From Deltaproteobacteria bacterium (GTDB lineage Bacteria > Desulfobacterota > Syntrophia > Syntrophales > UBA5619), in the NCBI GenBank assembly GCA_016935075.1, contig JAFGRP010000167.1, positions 6,170 through 70,169 on the forward strand: a DNA stretch of 64,000 bases. The letters run 5' to 3'. The position numbers and the translations under genes are program-made. The notes beneath the pieces are model-generated. The model was not told the DNA's origin. It saw nothing but the letters and a program-made list of their open reading frames with translations, and ran no database searches. Shown here piece after piece: positions 39,570 to 50,154 of the stretch (position 1 is its first letter; every line of letters begins with the position of its first letter).

Positions 39570-40994
39570 ATGAAATTTCTGACACTGGATCATAAACTGA
39601 AATACCGGGTGGCCGATCCGTCGCTGGCGGCCTGGGGGCGGGAGGAGATGCGTCTTTCCGAGAACGAGATGCCGGGCCTGATGGCCATCCGGGAAAAGTA
39701 CGGTCCGAAAAAGCCCTTGGCCGGACTGAAGATCATGGGCAGCCTGCATATGACGATTCAAACGGCCATGCTGATCGAAACCCTGAAAGAACTGGGAGCC
39801 GATCTCCGCTGGTCATCCTGCAATATTTTTTCCACGCAGGACCATGCCGCAGCCGCAATCGCTCAGGCTGGATCCGCCGCCGTTTTTGCCTGGAAGGGTG
39901 AATCTCTGGAGGAGTACTGGTGGTGTACCGAGCAGGCAATGACATGGCCGGACGGTAGCGGACCGAATATGATCGTTGATGACGGCGGCGATGCAACGCT
40001 GTTTGTCCACGAAGGCGTCCGGGTGGAAAAAGATCCCTCCCTTCTAAAACAGAGGTGCGGTAACAAGGAGGTGCAAATCGTTCGGGAGCGCCTATCCAAC
40101 CGCCTGAAGGCGGCGCCGCAACACTGGCATCAAGTGGCATCCCGTATCCGGGGCGTTTCGGAGGAAACCACAACGGGAGTAAACCGTCTCTATCAGATGG
40201 CCAGGACCGGGGAACTCCTTTTTCCGGCCATCAACGTCAACAATTCGGTGACCAAGTCGAAGTTCGATAATCTCTACGGTTGCCGCGAGTCTCTGGCCGA
40301 CGGCATCAAAAGGGCTACGGACATCATGATCGCCGGCAAGACGGTGGTCATCTGCGGTTACGGCGATGTCGGCAAGGGATGCGCCCAATCCCTGCGGGGT
40401 TTCGGCGCCCGTGTGATCGTTGTTGAAATTGACCCGATCTGCGCCCTGCAGGCGGCCATGGAGGGTTATGAGGTGTCCACCCTCGAAGCCGTCGCTGCCA
40501 AAGGGGACATTTTCATCACGGCGACCGGCAGCTGCGACGTGATCACCGGCAGGCATATGGAAAAGATGAAGAACGAGGCCATCGTCTGTAATATCGGCCA
40601 TTTTGACAGCGAGATCGACATGCGTTACCTGGAAAATACGACCGGCTGCAGGCGTAGGACCGTTAAACCGCAAGTGGATAAATGGACGTTGAAATCCGGC
40701 AGAAGCATTATTGTTCTTGCCGAGGGTCGTCTGGTCAATCTCGGCTGTGCGACCGGTCATGCCAGCTTTGTGATGAGCAACAGCTTTACCAACCAGTGCC
40801 TCGCACAGTTGAAACTGGCCTCCGGCAAACTCAAACCGGGCGTTTATACCCTGCCCAAGAAACTGGATGAGGAAGTGGCCCGCCTTCACTTGAAGCGTCT
40901 GGGGGTAAAACTTTCGAAGCAGACAAAGAGACAGGCGGACTATCTTGGGGTACCCATCGGAGGTCCCTTCAAACCGGACTATTATCGTTATTAA
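39570..40994 (+). CDS. ahcY: adenosylhomocysteinase
   Basis: Full-length SAH hydrolase: [30 protein letters not shown] motif [13 protein letters not shown]-terminal KPDYYRY. Confidence 0.95.
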   Translation: MKFLTLDHKLKYRVADPSLAAWGREEMRLSENEMPGLMAIREKYGPKKPLAGLKIMGSLHMTIQTAMLIETLKELGADLRWSSCNIFSTQDHAAAAIAQAGSAAVFAWKGESLEEYWWCTEQAMTWPDGSGPNMIVDDGGDATLFVHEGVRVEKDPSLLKQRCGNKEVQIVRERLSNRLKAAPQHWHQVASRIRGVSEETTTGVNRLYQMARTGELLFPAINVNNSVTKSKFDNLYGCRESLADGIKRATDIMIAGKTVVICGYGDVGKGCAQSLRGFGARVIVVEIDPICALQAAMEGYEVSTLEAVAAKGDIFITATGSCDVITGRHMEKMKNEAIVCNIGHFDSEIDMRYLENTTGCRRRTVKPQVDKWTLKSGRSIIVLAEGRLVNLGCATGHASFVMSNSFTNQCLAQLKLASGKLKPGVYTLPKKLDEEVARLHLKRLGVKLSKQTKRQADYLGVPIGGPFKPDYYRY

Positions 40995-41063
40995 AAACAG
41001 GGATGGCGCATCGGTTATCGTCGGATTCCTTGCCGGGGACCCGTCCACTATAAGCGGTCTGCG

Positions 41064-42143
41064 TCAGGTCTTCACGCGCCCCATCAGAAGAATGGAAGCG
41101 GCGACGAAAAGGATATTGGCAAACCATGCGGCTATGAACGGGGGAAGTGTTCCGGAACGTCCCAAGGACATCCCGAAGGCGTAAACGAGCCAGTAGGAAA
41201 ATCCGATGACCAGTCCGGCCCCGATTCCCTGGGCGATGCCGCCGCTCCGTTCGGACCGGAGGGGAAATGAGAAGCCGATCACAGCCAGAATGATGCTCAC
41301 CAGGGAAAATGCGATCTTGCCGTGGAGCTCGACGATGTACCGTGTCGCGTCGTAGCCTTCCGTTTGAAGTTTCCGGATATACCGTTTCAATTCGATATAA
41401 CCCATCGCCGCGACATCCTTCTGAACCACCTGAAAATCGGATGGCCTTTCCGGAAGATCGACGATCTGCTGCCGCATTTTTGAAAGAACCGGAAACGCGC
41501 CGTCATTGAAGCGTGTCAGCAGGATGTTGTGGAATAGCCAGCGTCCCTCCGTCCACTCACCCCTTTCGGCATCCAGGCGCATGACGAGATTCATTTTGCG
41601 GTCGAGATAATGGATGGTGATCCCGTGGAGCGTACCGGTCCGGGCATCAAAGAGCCGAAAATTGTAAATGCCTTTTTGCCCGCGGTACCAGATCTGATCC
41701 TGCTTGAAGCTGCCCATAGACGTTCGTTTCTGCACCTCGACCAGACGGATGTTCTCGGCTTTGTCGTTGGTATAAGGGGTGACCCATTCGCTCAGGAAAA
41801 AGATCAACAGGGAGGTCATGACGGCAATGGTCAGAACGGGGAGGGCAATCCGGTAAAGGCTGATGCCGTTGGCCTTCATCGCCGTGATTTCGTTGTGCCT
41901 TGACAGATAACCGCAGGTCACCAGCGAGGCAAGGAGGATGGCTGCGGGAAGCATCTGCGAGACCATCATCGGCAACCGGAATAAAAAGTAGGATCCAATC
42001 TGCCCGAATGTCGCATGATTGCTGAGAAACATTCTGAACTTTTCGAAGAAATCGATGATCAGGAAAAGGGAGACCAGTGACAGGATGATCAACAGCAGAT
42101 TCCCCAGATATTCATCGATCAGATAACGATCCAAGACCTTCAT
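41064..42143 (-). CDS. lptG: LPS export ABC transporter permease LptG
   Basis: YjgP/YjgQ family. MKVLDRYLIDEYL N-terminus. ATG 42143 overlaps the lptF stop (ATGA). Confidence 0.85.
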   Translation of the reverse strand: MKVLDRYLIDEYLGNLLLIILSLVSLFLIIDFFEKFRMFLSNHATFGQIGSYFLFRLPMMVSQMLPAAILLASLVTCGYLSRHNEITAMKANGISLYRIALPVLTIAVMTSLLIFFLSEWVTPYTNDKAENIRLVEVQKRTSMGSFKQDQIWYRGQKGIYNFRLFDARTGTLHGITIHYLDRKMNLVMRLDAERGEWTEGRWLFHNILLTRFNDGAFPVLSKMRQQIVDLPERPSDFQVVQKDVAAMGYIELKRYIRKLQTEGYDATRYIVELHGKIAFSLVSIILAVIGFSFPLRSERSGGIAQGIGAGLVIGFSYWLVYAFGMSLGRSGTLPPFIAAWFANILFVAASILLMGRVKT

Positions 42144-43342
42144 GATGATTTCACGCCCTTCTGCGAAGCGCCGTCCGCTGTGGCGGCGAACGGCGCAGGA
42201 TCGTCGGAAGTGCCGCAAAACAGCCGCGATATGGATGCTTCCCTTGCGGACAGAAAAAAAAGAATGATTCCGGCGGCGGCGAAAATCCAGTTCGGCATCC
42301 AGGTCCCGATGACCGGGGAGAGTCTTCCCGTTTCGACCAGCGCCTCGCCGCTGATGCGCAGCAGATAGTATGCGAGAACCAGGAAGAGGCCGATGGTGAG
42401 ACCCCGCGATCGGACGGAGCGATGGGCCCGGATCCCCAAGGGCATGCCGATGAGGGCGAAGACCAGGCAGGAGACAGGGACGGCCACCTTCTTGTTCAGC
42501 TCGATGGCCAGTTCGCGCAACCCCTCCTCTTTGAGTCCGCGGTTCCTCAATGTGGCGGTCAGTTCCGACAGGCTCATCTCCGCACTGGACTTTGTCGCGA
42601 TTTTCTTATCCCCGGAAAAGGTCGAGGCGAAGTCCAGCCGGACATCGTAGAAGCGGAAATCCATTTTCCGGTAATGGTTCAGGCCGGCATCGACCGTGTG
42701 CGTGCTGCCGTCCTCCAGTCTCAGCGTGATAACCATCGTATCGGGATTCTCAATGAGATAAGCCCGGCGGGCGACGATCGTGCTCGGTTCACGGCTGATC
42801 CGGCTGTCCGAGATGAGAACCCCTTCCAGAAAATCTCCATGCACCGGAATCCTGTCTGCGTACAGGAGAATCCCCTGAAAATCATCCATAAAGACCTTTT
42901 CGCGGATGCCGATGCTGGCCTTCTGCCTCGCCATATCAAAGAGAAGTGTCTTGGATGCAAGATTCCCGTACGGAACGAGGAATAGGGTCGTTGCCAGGGT
43001 CATCAAAAAGGCGATCAGGGCGGCACAGACTACCGGGAAGGATAACCGATAGAGGCTGATCCCGGACATCTTCAGAATGGTCCATTCATTGTCCCCTGAA
43101 AGCCTTCCCAAACCGATCAGGATTGCGATCAGAAGCGAGATGGGGATGGTGAATGCGAGGAAGGACGGCATGAGAAAAAATATCAACCGGGCGATGTCCG
43201 TAAACGCAACCCCCTTGTTGATCATCAGATCCATGACCTGCAGAATCTTCCCCATGAGCAAAACAAAAGTGAGTACAAAAAGAATCATGCAGAACGGAAC
43301 GGCGATTTCCCTTAGAATATAACGATCGATCAAGCGTTGCAT
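42140..43342 (-). CDS. lptF: LPS export ABC transporter permease LptF
   Basis: YjgP/YjgQ family. MQRLIDRYILREI N-terminus, six TM segments around a periplasmic beta-jellyroll-sized insert. Confidence 0.85.
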   Translation of the reverse strand: MQRLIDRYILREIAVPFCMILFVLTFVLLMGKILQVMDLMINKGVAFTDIARLIFFLMPSFLAFTIPISLLIAILIGLGRLSGDNEWTILKMSGISLYRLSFPVVCAALIAFLMTLATTLFLVPYGNLASKTLLFDMARQKASIGIREKVFMDDFQGILLYADRIPVHGDFLEGVLISDSRISREPSTIVARRAYLIENPDTMVITLRLEDGSTHTVDAGLNHYRKMDFRFYDVRLDFASTFSGDKKIATKSSAEMSLSELTATLRNRGLKEEGLRELAIELNKKVAVPVSCLVFALIGMPLGIRAHRSVRSRGLTIGLFLVLAYYLLRISGEALVETGRLSPVIGTWMPNWIFAAAGIILFFLSAREASISRLFCGTSDDPAPFAATADGASQKGVKSS

Positions 43343-43379
43343 ATCCCTAAAACCTTCTTCGAATATCCAGAACAGCCTG

Positions 43380-44096
43380 CTACATCATCAAATGGAGGGG
43401 CTCAATAAAGACGGGATCCTCCCTTTCCATGATCTCAATGATGGACCCGTGCATTCTCTTTTTCATCTCGCCGAATATGGACCTTTTCTTGGTATAGGTT
43501 TTTGCAAAAACCAAGGCCTCCTGCATCAGCGATTCTTGATTCTCAGACGCCTTAACGATAACGTGGTGGGATTCCAGTTCCGCGGCGCCGGTTCTTTTCC
43601 CGCTGAAAACGAGTTCTTCAAGCTTGTAGTAGGGAATCGCCTTGAGGATGATCGCCTGCATGCCGGGGAGAAAGGGGATACCAATATCAATCTCCGGAAA
43701 ACAGAAAAAGCCGCGGTCGGCCTTCATGAAACGAAAATCACAGGTACAGGCCATGATTGCCCCGTCTCCGAAAGCGTGTCCGTTGATGGCTGCGATAACC
43801 GGCATCGGATAGAGAAGGATGCGTTTGAATATCCGGTTCAGGCCGTACATGAAGTCGCGGATCGCCTGCAGATCGTTCTTCGCCATGGCGCCCGTGATCC
43901 ACTGGAGATCGATCCCCTGGGACCAGTTCTTCGGATCGCTGGAGACGATGATTACTGAAGAAATCCCCGGATCCGCTTCGACTTCATCGAATGCCGCCAG
44001 AAGGGCGCGGACAAAATCGGGGTTATGCCTGTTTTCACCGTTGTTCATCGTGATGACGCCGACCGTTTCCACCTTTTTCCATTCGATGATGGACAT
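43380..44096 (-). CDS. enoyl-CoA hydratase/isomerase (crotonase) family protein
   Basis: Crotonase-fold pattern VITMNNGENRHN...PVIAAINGHAFGDGAIMACTCDFR. ATG 44096 (MSIIEW). Confidence 0.8.
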   Translation of the reverse strand: MSIIEWKKVETVGVITMNNGENRHNPDFVRALLAAFDEVEADPGISSVIIVSSDPKNWSQGIDLQWITGAMAKNDLQAIRDFMYGLNRIFKRILLYPMPVIAAINGHAFGDGAIMACTCDFRFMKADRGFFCFPEIDIGIPFLPGMQAIILKAIPYYKLEELVFSGKRTGAAELESHHVIVKASENQESLMQEALVFAKTYTKKRSIFGEMKKRMHGSIIEIMEREDPVFIEPLHLMM

Positions 44097-44165
44097 CGCT
44101 TTAAGCCTCCTGTTGTGGGATGAATTAAGAAAGAAGGAAAATTGACGGTAGTGAAGTCTCACATA

Positions 44166-44181
44166 TTGACCCATGTGTCAA
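44166..44181. promoter_or_regulatory. palindrome TTGAC-N6-GTCAA in the divergent crotonase/arnT intergenic region
   Basis: TTGACCCATGTGTCAA at 44166-44181, flanked by two ATTGACGG copies (44141-44148, 44184-44191). Confidence 0.3.
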
Positions 44182-44356
44182 GGATTGACGGCAACGACCC
44201 GGGTGTTTGGGCTGAAGACCGAAGTGTCCGAACAGCCTTGCATCCGCACTCCATCCGCCTGCACGGTTTTGATTAAACGTTTGACAAAGCCGAACGATCC
44301 GTGGAATAAACACCCGTATACAAAGTTGGTTTTTTTTAGATCTCAGGGCAACCATC

Positions 44357-46039
44357 ATGCAGGAAAGATCCATCAAAACGGTCGTCCTTATTCTTCTTCC
44401 CCTTATGCTGTATCTGATCCCGCTTCCCTTTATCCCCCTCATGGAGCCGGACGAGGGGAGGTACAGCGCCATTTCCAGCGCGATGAACGCTACCGGCGAC
44501 TACGTCACGCCGCGGCTCAAAGCGGCTGTTTACTTTGAGAAACCACCTCTTGTCTACTGGGCTACAGCGCTATTCTTCCGGATTTTCGGAGAGAATGAAT
44601 TTTCTTCCCGTCTCTTTGCAGCCCTCTGTGCGTGGGGATGCATCCTCCTGGTCTATCGTATGGGGCTTTTTTTCCATGATGCGCGGACGGGCTTGTATGC
44701 GGCGGCGGTGCTGACTACTTTCCTGTATCATGTCGTCATCGGCCGGACCAATATCCTCGACATGCCGCTCGCCTTTTTCGTTTCCGCGGCAATCTGGTCC
44801 GGTTTCCGCTTTTTTGCGTCTGCGGAAATAAAAAAGAGACGGCTCTACCTCCTCTATCTATTCAGCGCTTTGGCGTTTCTGGCCAAGGGGTTGATCGGTA
44901 TCGTGTTTCCGTTCGGTATCCTTACGATCTGGCTTCTCATATCGGGCCGCCGGAGGGAGGTACTCTCTCTATTTTCCGCTGCCGGCATCCTGATCTTCAC
45001 AGCCGTTTCGCTTCCCTGGCTTATCCTTATCCAACGGGAAAACCCCGATTTCTTCCGTTTCTTTTTTATCCAGGAGCACCTGCTTCGCTATGCCACCCGG
45101 ATGCATGGCCACAACGAGCCCTTCTATTTCTACCTCCCCATCCTGCTGGCCGGAGCTCTTCCCTGGTTCGCCTTTCTGCCGGAAGCGATCCGGGGACTGC
45201 GAAAGGGAGAAAAATTATTCAGCAGTGCGGAAATGCGATTTCTCGCAACCTGGTTTGTACTGATTTTTCTCTTTTTTTCGATTTCGTCATCGAAACTGAT
45301 CCCCTACATTGCACCCGTTTTTCTCCCCATTGCGCTCGGCTTCGGCCATTTTTTCCGTCGGTACGAGGAACGGATCTTCGACACAGGAGGGGGAGGGTGC
45401 GTTCCGCTGCGCTACCGGCTGACGGGGATCGTGCAATCCATTCTTTTCATGGCCGGTCTCTTCGTCCCCCTTTTTCTGCGGAAACACCGGGTTTCCTGGG
45501 ACTCCTGGTGGCCATGGATCGTCGCTCCATTTCTCATACAGATCCTGATTTTATTTCTCCCGGACCGGATCCGGAGGAAAACCGGCCGGGGGTGGTTCGC
45601 GACAGTCTATCTGCTTTTCGCTCTGTTCCTCGCGTCGACAACCCTGCCGGCTGTCCAATTCCTGGCCCCCTACAAATCCGCCTATCCGCTCTCGCAGGCG
45701 ATTATGAAGAACGTTCCCGCTGATGCAACGCTCTACCAGTACGGGATGTCGCTCTACGGGGTGGATTTCTACACCGGGAAAAGAACCCCCATCGTCGACG
45801 ATATCGGGGAGGTGTGGTACGGCAGCCAACGGCTTCCGGCTGCGGAGAGAAACCGATATTTCCTGACCACCGATTCGTTTTTGAGTCTGGTTCGGGAAAC
45901 GGATGGAATCTACTGTGCCACAAAGAACGGCGATAAATTGGAGCGACTGAGAAAAAAGGTTCCCGCGCTCCGGGTCTTGTGGCATAATGACGCGTACACT
46001 CTGGTGCTATTGATGAGATCCGGAGAACAGGGGTCGTGA
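44357..46039 (+). CDS. arnT: undecaprenyl phosphate-alpha-L-Ara4N:lipid A transferase-like glycosyltransferase (GT family 83/39, ArnT-like)
   Basis: Polytopic membrane protein with N-terminal EPDEGRYSAIS...KPPLVYW, characteristic of ArnT/PMT_2. First gene of the arn cluster. Confidence 0.8.
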   Translation: MQERSIKTVVLILLPLMLYLIPLPFIPLMEPDEGRYSAISSAMNATGDYVTPRLKAAVYFEKPPLVYWATALFFRIFGENEFSSRLFAALCAWGCILLVYRMGLFFHDARTGLYAAAVLTTFLYHVVIGRTNILDMPLAFFVSAAIWSGFRFFASAEIKKRRLYLLYLFSALAFLAKGLIGIVFPFGILTIWLLISGRRREVLSLFSAAGILIFTAVSLPWLILIQRENPDFFRFFFIQEHLLRYATRMHGHNEPFYFYLPILLAGALPWFAFLPEAIRGLRKGEKLFSSAEMRFLATWFVLIFLFFSISSSKLIPYIAPVFLPIALGFGHFFRRYEERIFDTGGGGCVPLRYRLTGIVQSILFMAGLFVPLFLRKHRVSWDSWWPWIVAPFLIQILILFLPDRIRRKTGRGWFATVYLLFALFLASTTLPAVQFLAPYKSAYPLSQAIMKNVPADATLYQYGMSLYGVDFYTGKRTPIVDDIGEVWYGSQRLPAAERNRYFLTTDSFLSLVRETDGIYCATKNGDKLERLRKKVPALRVLWHNDAYTLVLLMRSGEQGS

Positions 46040-47199
46040 TGAAAACTCGGAAAAATTTTCTGCCGTTGAACCGGCCGTCCATCGGAAAGACGGAAATTGC
46101 AAATGTAACCGCATGCCTGCGGTCGCAATGGATTACAACCGGGCCTCTGTGCAAGACCTTTGAGGAGCGCTTTCAGGATCTCACCGGGGCGCGTCACGCC
46201 ATTTCCCTCTCCTCCGCAACGGCAGGGATGCACCTCACCTTCACGGCCCTCGGCATCGGTCCGGGAGATGAGGTCATCACCCCGTCGTTGACCTTCGCCT
46301 CGACGGTCAACATGATCGCGCTGCACGGCGCCCGACCCGTCTTCGCTGATATTCATTATGACACCCTCCTCATGAACGCCGACGATATCGAGGCCAGAAT
46401 CACAACCCGGACCAGAGCGATCATTCCCGTCCATTTTGCCGGAGCCCCGGCGGAGATGGACCGGATCCTGGAAATTGCCGACCGTCATCGCCTGGCCGTA
46501 ATCGAGGATGCAGCCCACGCCGTCGGGACGCGTTATCGGGGGATCCACACCGGCGGTTTCGGAAGGACCGCCATATTTTCCTTTCATCCGATTAAGAACA
46601 TCACGACCGGTGAAGGTGGCCTCATTACCCACAGCGACGATCAACTGGAAAAAAAGTTGCGACTGTTGCGGTTTCACGGCATCGAACGGGACGCCTGGAA
46701 GCGCTACGGAAAGGGTGGCAATCCGGGCTACGACATCGAGACGCCGGGCTGGAAATACAACCTGACGGACATCCAGGCGGCCCTGGGGATCGCCCAGCTT
46801 TCCCGGCTTGCCGAATTCAACCGCCGCCGGGAGGAGCTCGTTGCGCTTTACCGGGAAGCTCTTAAAGGGACTGCAGGAATGGAGCTTCCGGTCGATCCGG
46901 CCTATCCCCACGACCATGCCCACCACCTCTTTGTGGTGAAGATCCTGGCGATGGAAAGAAAACGGTTCATGGACAAGCTTTCAGATTACAACATCGGTTA
47001 CGGTCTCCATTTTCCGGCCTGTCATCTTCTCAAGTATGTCAAGGACCGTTTCGGGATCGTACATCTGCCGGAAACGGAACGCGCCGCGGGGAAAATCCTT
47101 TCGCTTCCGCTTTTCCCGGATATGACGGACGGGGATGTCGCCTATGTCTGTAAGTCGGTCCGTGAGATCCTTGGCCGAACAAAGGGAGGTGGACATTGA
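46036..47199 (+). CDS. arnB: UDP-4-amino-4-deoxy-L-arabinose--oxoglutarate aminotransferase (DegT/DnrJ/EryC1 family)
   Basis: FLPLNRPSIG N-terminus, PLP-lysine segment FSFHPIKNITTGEGG. 4-nt overlaps with arnT and arnC. Confidence 0.85.
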   Translation: MMKTRKNFLPLNRPSIGKTEIANVTACLRSQWITTGPLCKTFEERFQDLTGARHAISLSSATAGMHLTFTALGIGPGDEVITPSLTFASTVNMIALHGARPVFADIHYDTLLMNADDIEARITTRTRAIIPVHFAGAPAEMDRILEIADRHRLAVIEDAAHAVGTRYRGIHTGGFGRTAIFSFHPIKNITTGEGGLITHSDDQLEKKLRLLRFHGIERDAWKRYGKGGNPGYDIETPGWKYNLTDIQAALGIAQLSRLAEFNRRREELVALYREALKGTAGMELPVDPAYPHDHAHHLFVVKILAMERKRFMDKLSDYNIGYGLHFPACHLLKYVKDRFGIVHLPETERAAGKILSLPLFPDMTDGDVAYVCKSVREILGRTKGGGH

Positions 47200-48182
47200 C
47201 CGCAAAAATGGATGCGGGGGCTTTTGAGGAGATGATTTCACTCGTGGTCCCGGTTTATAACGAAGAGGGGAACCTGCCTGCGTTGATGAACCGGATCCGG
47301 CCGGTCATGTCCGCCCTGAAGAGACCCTGGGAGATCATCCTGGTCGATGACGGCAGCCGGGATCGCTCCCTGGAGATCCTGAAGGGATTTACGATCAATC
47401 CCGGGGTTCGGGTGGTGGAACTGACGCGGAATTACGGGCAGCATGCGGCCATCCTGGCCGGTTTTTCCATTGTCCGCGGCGGGATCGTCGTGACCCTCGA
47501 TGCCGATCTCCAGAACCCGCCGGAGGAGATTCCCCGCCTGATCGACGCGATGGAGGAGGGCGGTTACGACGTGGTCGGTACGATCCGCAGGGGAAGAAAG
47601 GATTCTCTGCTCCGGATCATTCCCTCACGGATCGTCAATATGGTCGCGAGAAAAATCACCGGCGTCCGGATGACCGACTGGGGATGCATGCTCCGGGCCT
47701 ACCGCCGGACGGTGGTGCAGCGGATGATCGACTGCCATGAACACGCGACCTTCATCCCGGCGCTCGCAACGCATTTCGGCAAGCGGGTGACGGAGATCAA
47801 GGTTGCCCATGAGGAGCGGCACGGCGGCAAGTCCAACTATTCCCTGCGGGAGCTGGTCAACCTCCAGTTCGACCTGGTGGCCTCCTTTTCCGAACTCCCC
47901 ATCAAACTCATTATGTACGGCGGGGTTCTGCTGGCGGTGCTCGGCGTCTGTTTCGGCGCGTTTCTCGTCATCGCCCGGCTCCTTTACGGGGCCGTCTGGG
48001 CGGCGCAGGGTGTGTTCACCCTGTTTGCCATCCTGTTCGTCTTTGTGGGGCTGCAGTTTTTCGCGCTCGGCCTGATCGGAGAATATATCGGCCGGATCTA
48101 TCGCGAGGTCCGAAAGCGGCCCGAGTATGTGATCGAGCATGTCCACGGGGGCGATTCTATTTCGGCCGGAGAGTCTGCATGA
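47196..48182 (+). CDS. arnC: undecaprenyl-phosphate 4-deoxy-4-formamido-L-arabinose transferase (GT2)
   Basis: VVPVYNEE, DADLQNPPEEIP motifs, two C-terminal TM helices. Confidence 0.85.
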   Translation: MTAKMDAGAFEEMISLVVPVYNEEGNLPALMNRIRPVMSALKRPWEIILVDDGSRDRSLEILKGFTINPGVRVVELTRNYGQHAAILAGFSIVRGGIVVTLDADLQNPPEEIPRLIDAMEEGGYDVVGTIRRGRKDSLLRIIPSRIVNMVARKITGVRMTDWGCMLRAYRRTVVQRMIDCHEHATFIPALATHFGKRVTEIKVAHEERHGGKSNYSLRELVNLQFDLVASFSELPIKLIMYGGVLLAVLGVCFGAFLVIARLLYGAVWAAQGVFTLFAILFVFVGLQFFALGLIGEYIGRIYREVRKRPEYVIEHVHGGDSISAGESA

Positions 48183-49108
48183 AAGTCGCGGCCTTTGCCT
48201 ATCATAATATGGGCATTGCGGGTCTCGACGCCCTCGAACGCGCCGGATATCGGATTGCCTGCATTTTTTCCCATGAAGACGATCCTTCTGAAAACTGCTG
48301 GTTCGGTTCGGTAAAAGAATGGGGGAGGAGGCGGCACATCCCCGTGGAGTGTCCCGCCGATATCGGGAGTAAAAAATGGGGGGAGCGGATCGAAGCCCTC
48401 CGGCCGGAGATGGTGTTCTCTTTCTATTACCGCCATATGATCCGGGAGGAAATCCTCCGCATTGCACCCCTGGGGGCGTATAACCTCCATGGATCCCTTC
48501 TGCCCGCCTATCGCGGTCGCTGCCCCGTAAACTGGGTTCTCGTGCACGGGGAGACGCAGACCGGTGTCACGCTCCATCACATGGTTCGAAAGGCCGATGC
48601 AGGAGATATCGTCGGACAGAGGGTCGTGTCGATCGTCCCGGACGACACGGCGTTGACTCTCTACGGGAAGCTCTGCGGCGCGGCGGGCATTCTCCTCGAT
48701 GAACTCCTGCCCCTGTTGAAAATCGGCCAGGCGCCCCGCATTCCCCAGGACTTCTCCCGGGGAAGTTATTTCGGTGGCCGAAAACCGGAGGACGGCCGCA
48801 TCGACTGGAGCTGGACCGCCGAGAGGATCTACAACCTGATCCGCGCGGTCACGGATCCGTATCCCGGCGCCTTCTGCGATCTGCCGAACGGATCCCGTCT
48901 CATGATCTGGTGGGGAACACCCGAAGAGGGAAGGGGGCGAGGGAAGACCAGACCTCCCGGTTGCGTCGAAATCGACGGGGACCGTGTCCTGGTTTGGACG
49001 GGACGGGGGCAAATTCGTCTCCAGAATGTTCAGGCCGGGGGCGAAAGGATGACCGGCAACCGTATTCTCCGCTATTTTCAAGACCAGAAAGGATTAAGGT
49101 TATCATGA
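48179..49108 (+). CDS. arnA: UDP-L-Ara4N formyltransferase (ArnA N-terminal domain encoded as a separate protein)
   Basis: Formyltransferase motif YNLHGSLLPAYRGRCPVNW. 309 aa with no dehydrogenase domain. Confidence 0.82.
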   Translation: MKVAAFAYHNMGIAGLDALERAGYRIACIFSHEDDPSENCWFGSVKEWGRRRHIPVECPADIGSKKWGERIEALRPEMVFSFYYRHMIREEILRIAPLGAYNLHGSLLPAYRGRCPVNWVLVHGETQTGVTLHHMVRKADAGDIVGQRVVSIVPDDTALTLYGKLCGAAGILLDELLPLLKIGQAPRIPQDFSRGSYFGGRKPEDGRIDWSWTAERIYNLIRAVTDPYPGAFCDLPNGSRLMIWWGTPEEGRGRGKTRPPGCVEIDGDRVLVWTGRGQIRLQNVQAGGERMTGNRILRYFQDQKGLRLS

Positions 49109-50127
49109 AGATTTTGATCCTGGGGGTTAACGGGTTTATCGGCCATCATCTGACGCAGCGGATCCTCGACGAAACGGACTGGACCGTTTTCGGGATGGAC
49201 CTCTCCGACGACCGTCTGGGGAAGAGCCTGCAGAATCCGCGCTTTCATTTCATTGAAGGGGACATCGCGATCAACCGGGAATGGATCGAATATCACGTCA
49301 AGAAATGCGATATAATTCTGCCCCTGGTGGCGATCGCCACGCCCAAGCTTTATGTGGAAGACCCCATTGCCGTCTACAACCTCGATTTTGAAATGAATCT
49401 CAATGTGATCAATCAGTGCGTCAAATATCACAAGCGGGTCGTTTTTCCTTCAACCTCGGAGGTTTACGGGGCATGCCCCGATCCTGAGTTTAAAGAGGAT
49501 GAGAGTTATCTGGTTGTGGGACCGATCCAGAAGGAACGCTGGATCTATTCCTGCTGCAAACAGCTCCTCGACCGGGTGATTTATGCCTACGGCACACGGG
49601 GGCATCTGGAATTCACCCTTTTCCGGCCCTTCAACTGGGTCGGACCCCGACTGGATTCCCTGTATGCGGCAAAGGAAGGCAGCTCCCGGGTGGTGACGCA
49701 GTTCATCGCCGAGCTTCTGATGAAGAGGCCGATCAGCCTGGTTGACGGCGGCAGCCAGATGCGGTGCTTTACATACGTGGATGACGGCATTGCGGCATTG
49801 TTGCGTATTTTGGAAAACCGCAATGACGCCTGCAAAAATCAGATCATCAATATCGGCAATCCGGACAACGAATGCTCCGTCCGGGAACTGGCCTTTATGC
49901 TGAAGAAGCTCTTCATGGCACATCCGGATCATCTTCAGGACGGGTTCTATTCGGAGATCATCGAGGTCCCCGCACAGACCTATTACGGAAAGGGGTACCA
50001 GGACATCTATACCCGAAAACCGAGCATCGAAAAGGCCCGAATCCTCCTCGGCTGGTCACCGGTCATCGGGCTGGACGATTCCCTGCGGATGACCCTTTAC
50101 TCCTTCCTTGAGGAGAACGGGCCTTGA
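49105..50127 (+). CDS. arnA: UDP-glucuronate oxidative decarboxylase (ArnA C-terminal domain encoded as a separate protein)
   Basis: ILILGVNGFIGHHL Rossmann motif, YSCCK (YxxxK). ATG 49105 overlaps the formyltransferase stop (ATGA). The 65-codon extension from 48910 is rejected. Confidence 0.85.
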   Translation: MKILILGVNGFIGHHLTQRILDETDWTVFGMDLSDDRLGKSLQNPRFHFIEGDIAINREWIEYHVKKCDIILPLVAIATPKLYVEDPIAVYNLDFEMNLNVINQCVKYHKRVVFPSTSEVYGACPDPEFKEDESYLVVGPIQKERWIYSCCKQLLDRVIYAYGTRGHLEFTLFRPFNWVGPRLDSLYAAKEGSSRVVTQFIAELLMKRPISLVDGGSQMRCFTYVDDGIAALLRILENRNDACKNQIINIGNPDNECSVRELAFMLKKLFMAHPDHLQDGFYSEIIEVPAQTYYGKGYQDIYTRKPSIEKARILLGWSPVIGLDDSLRMTLYSFLEENGP

Positions 50128-50154
50128 TCGCAGGACAAGCGATGAGGGGGTGGT

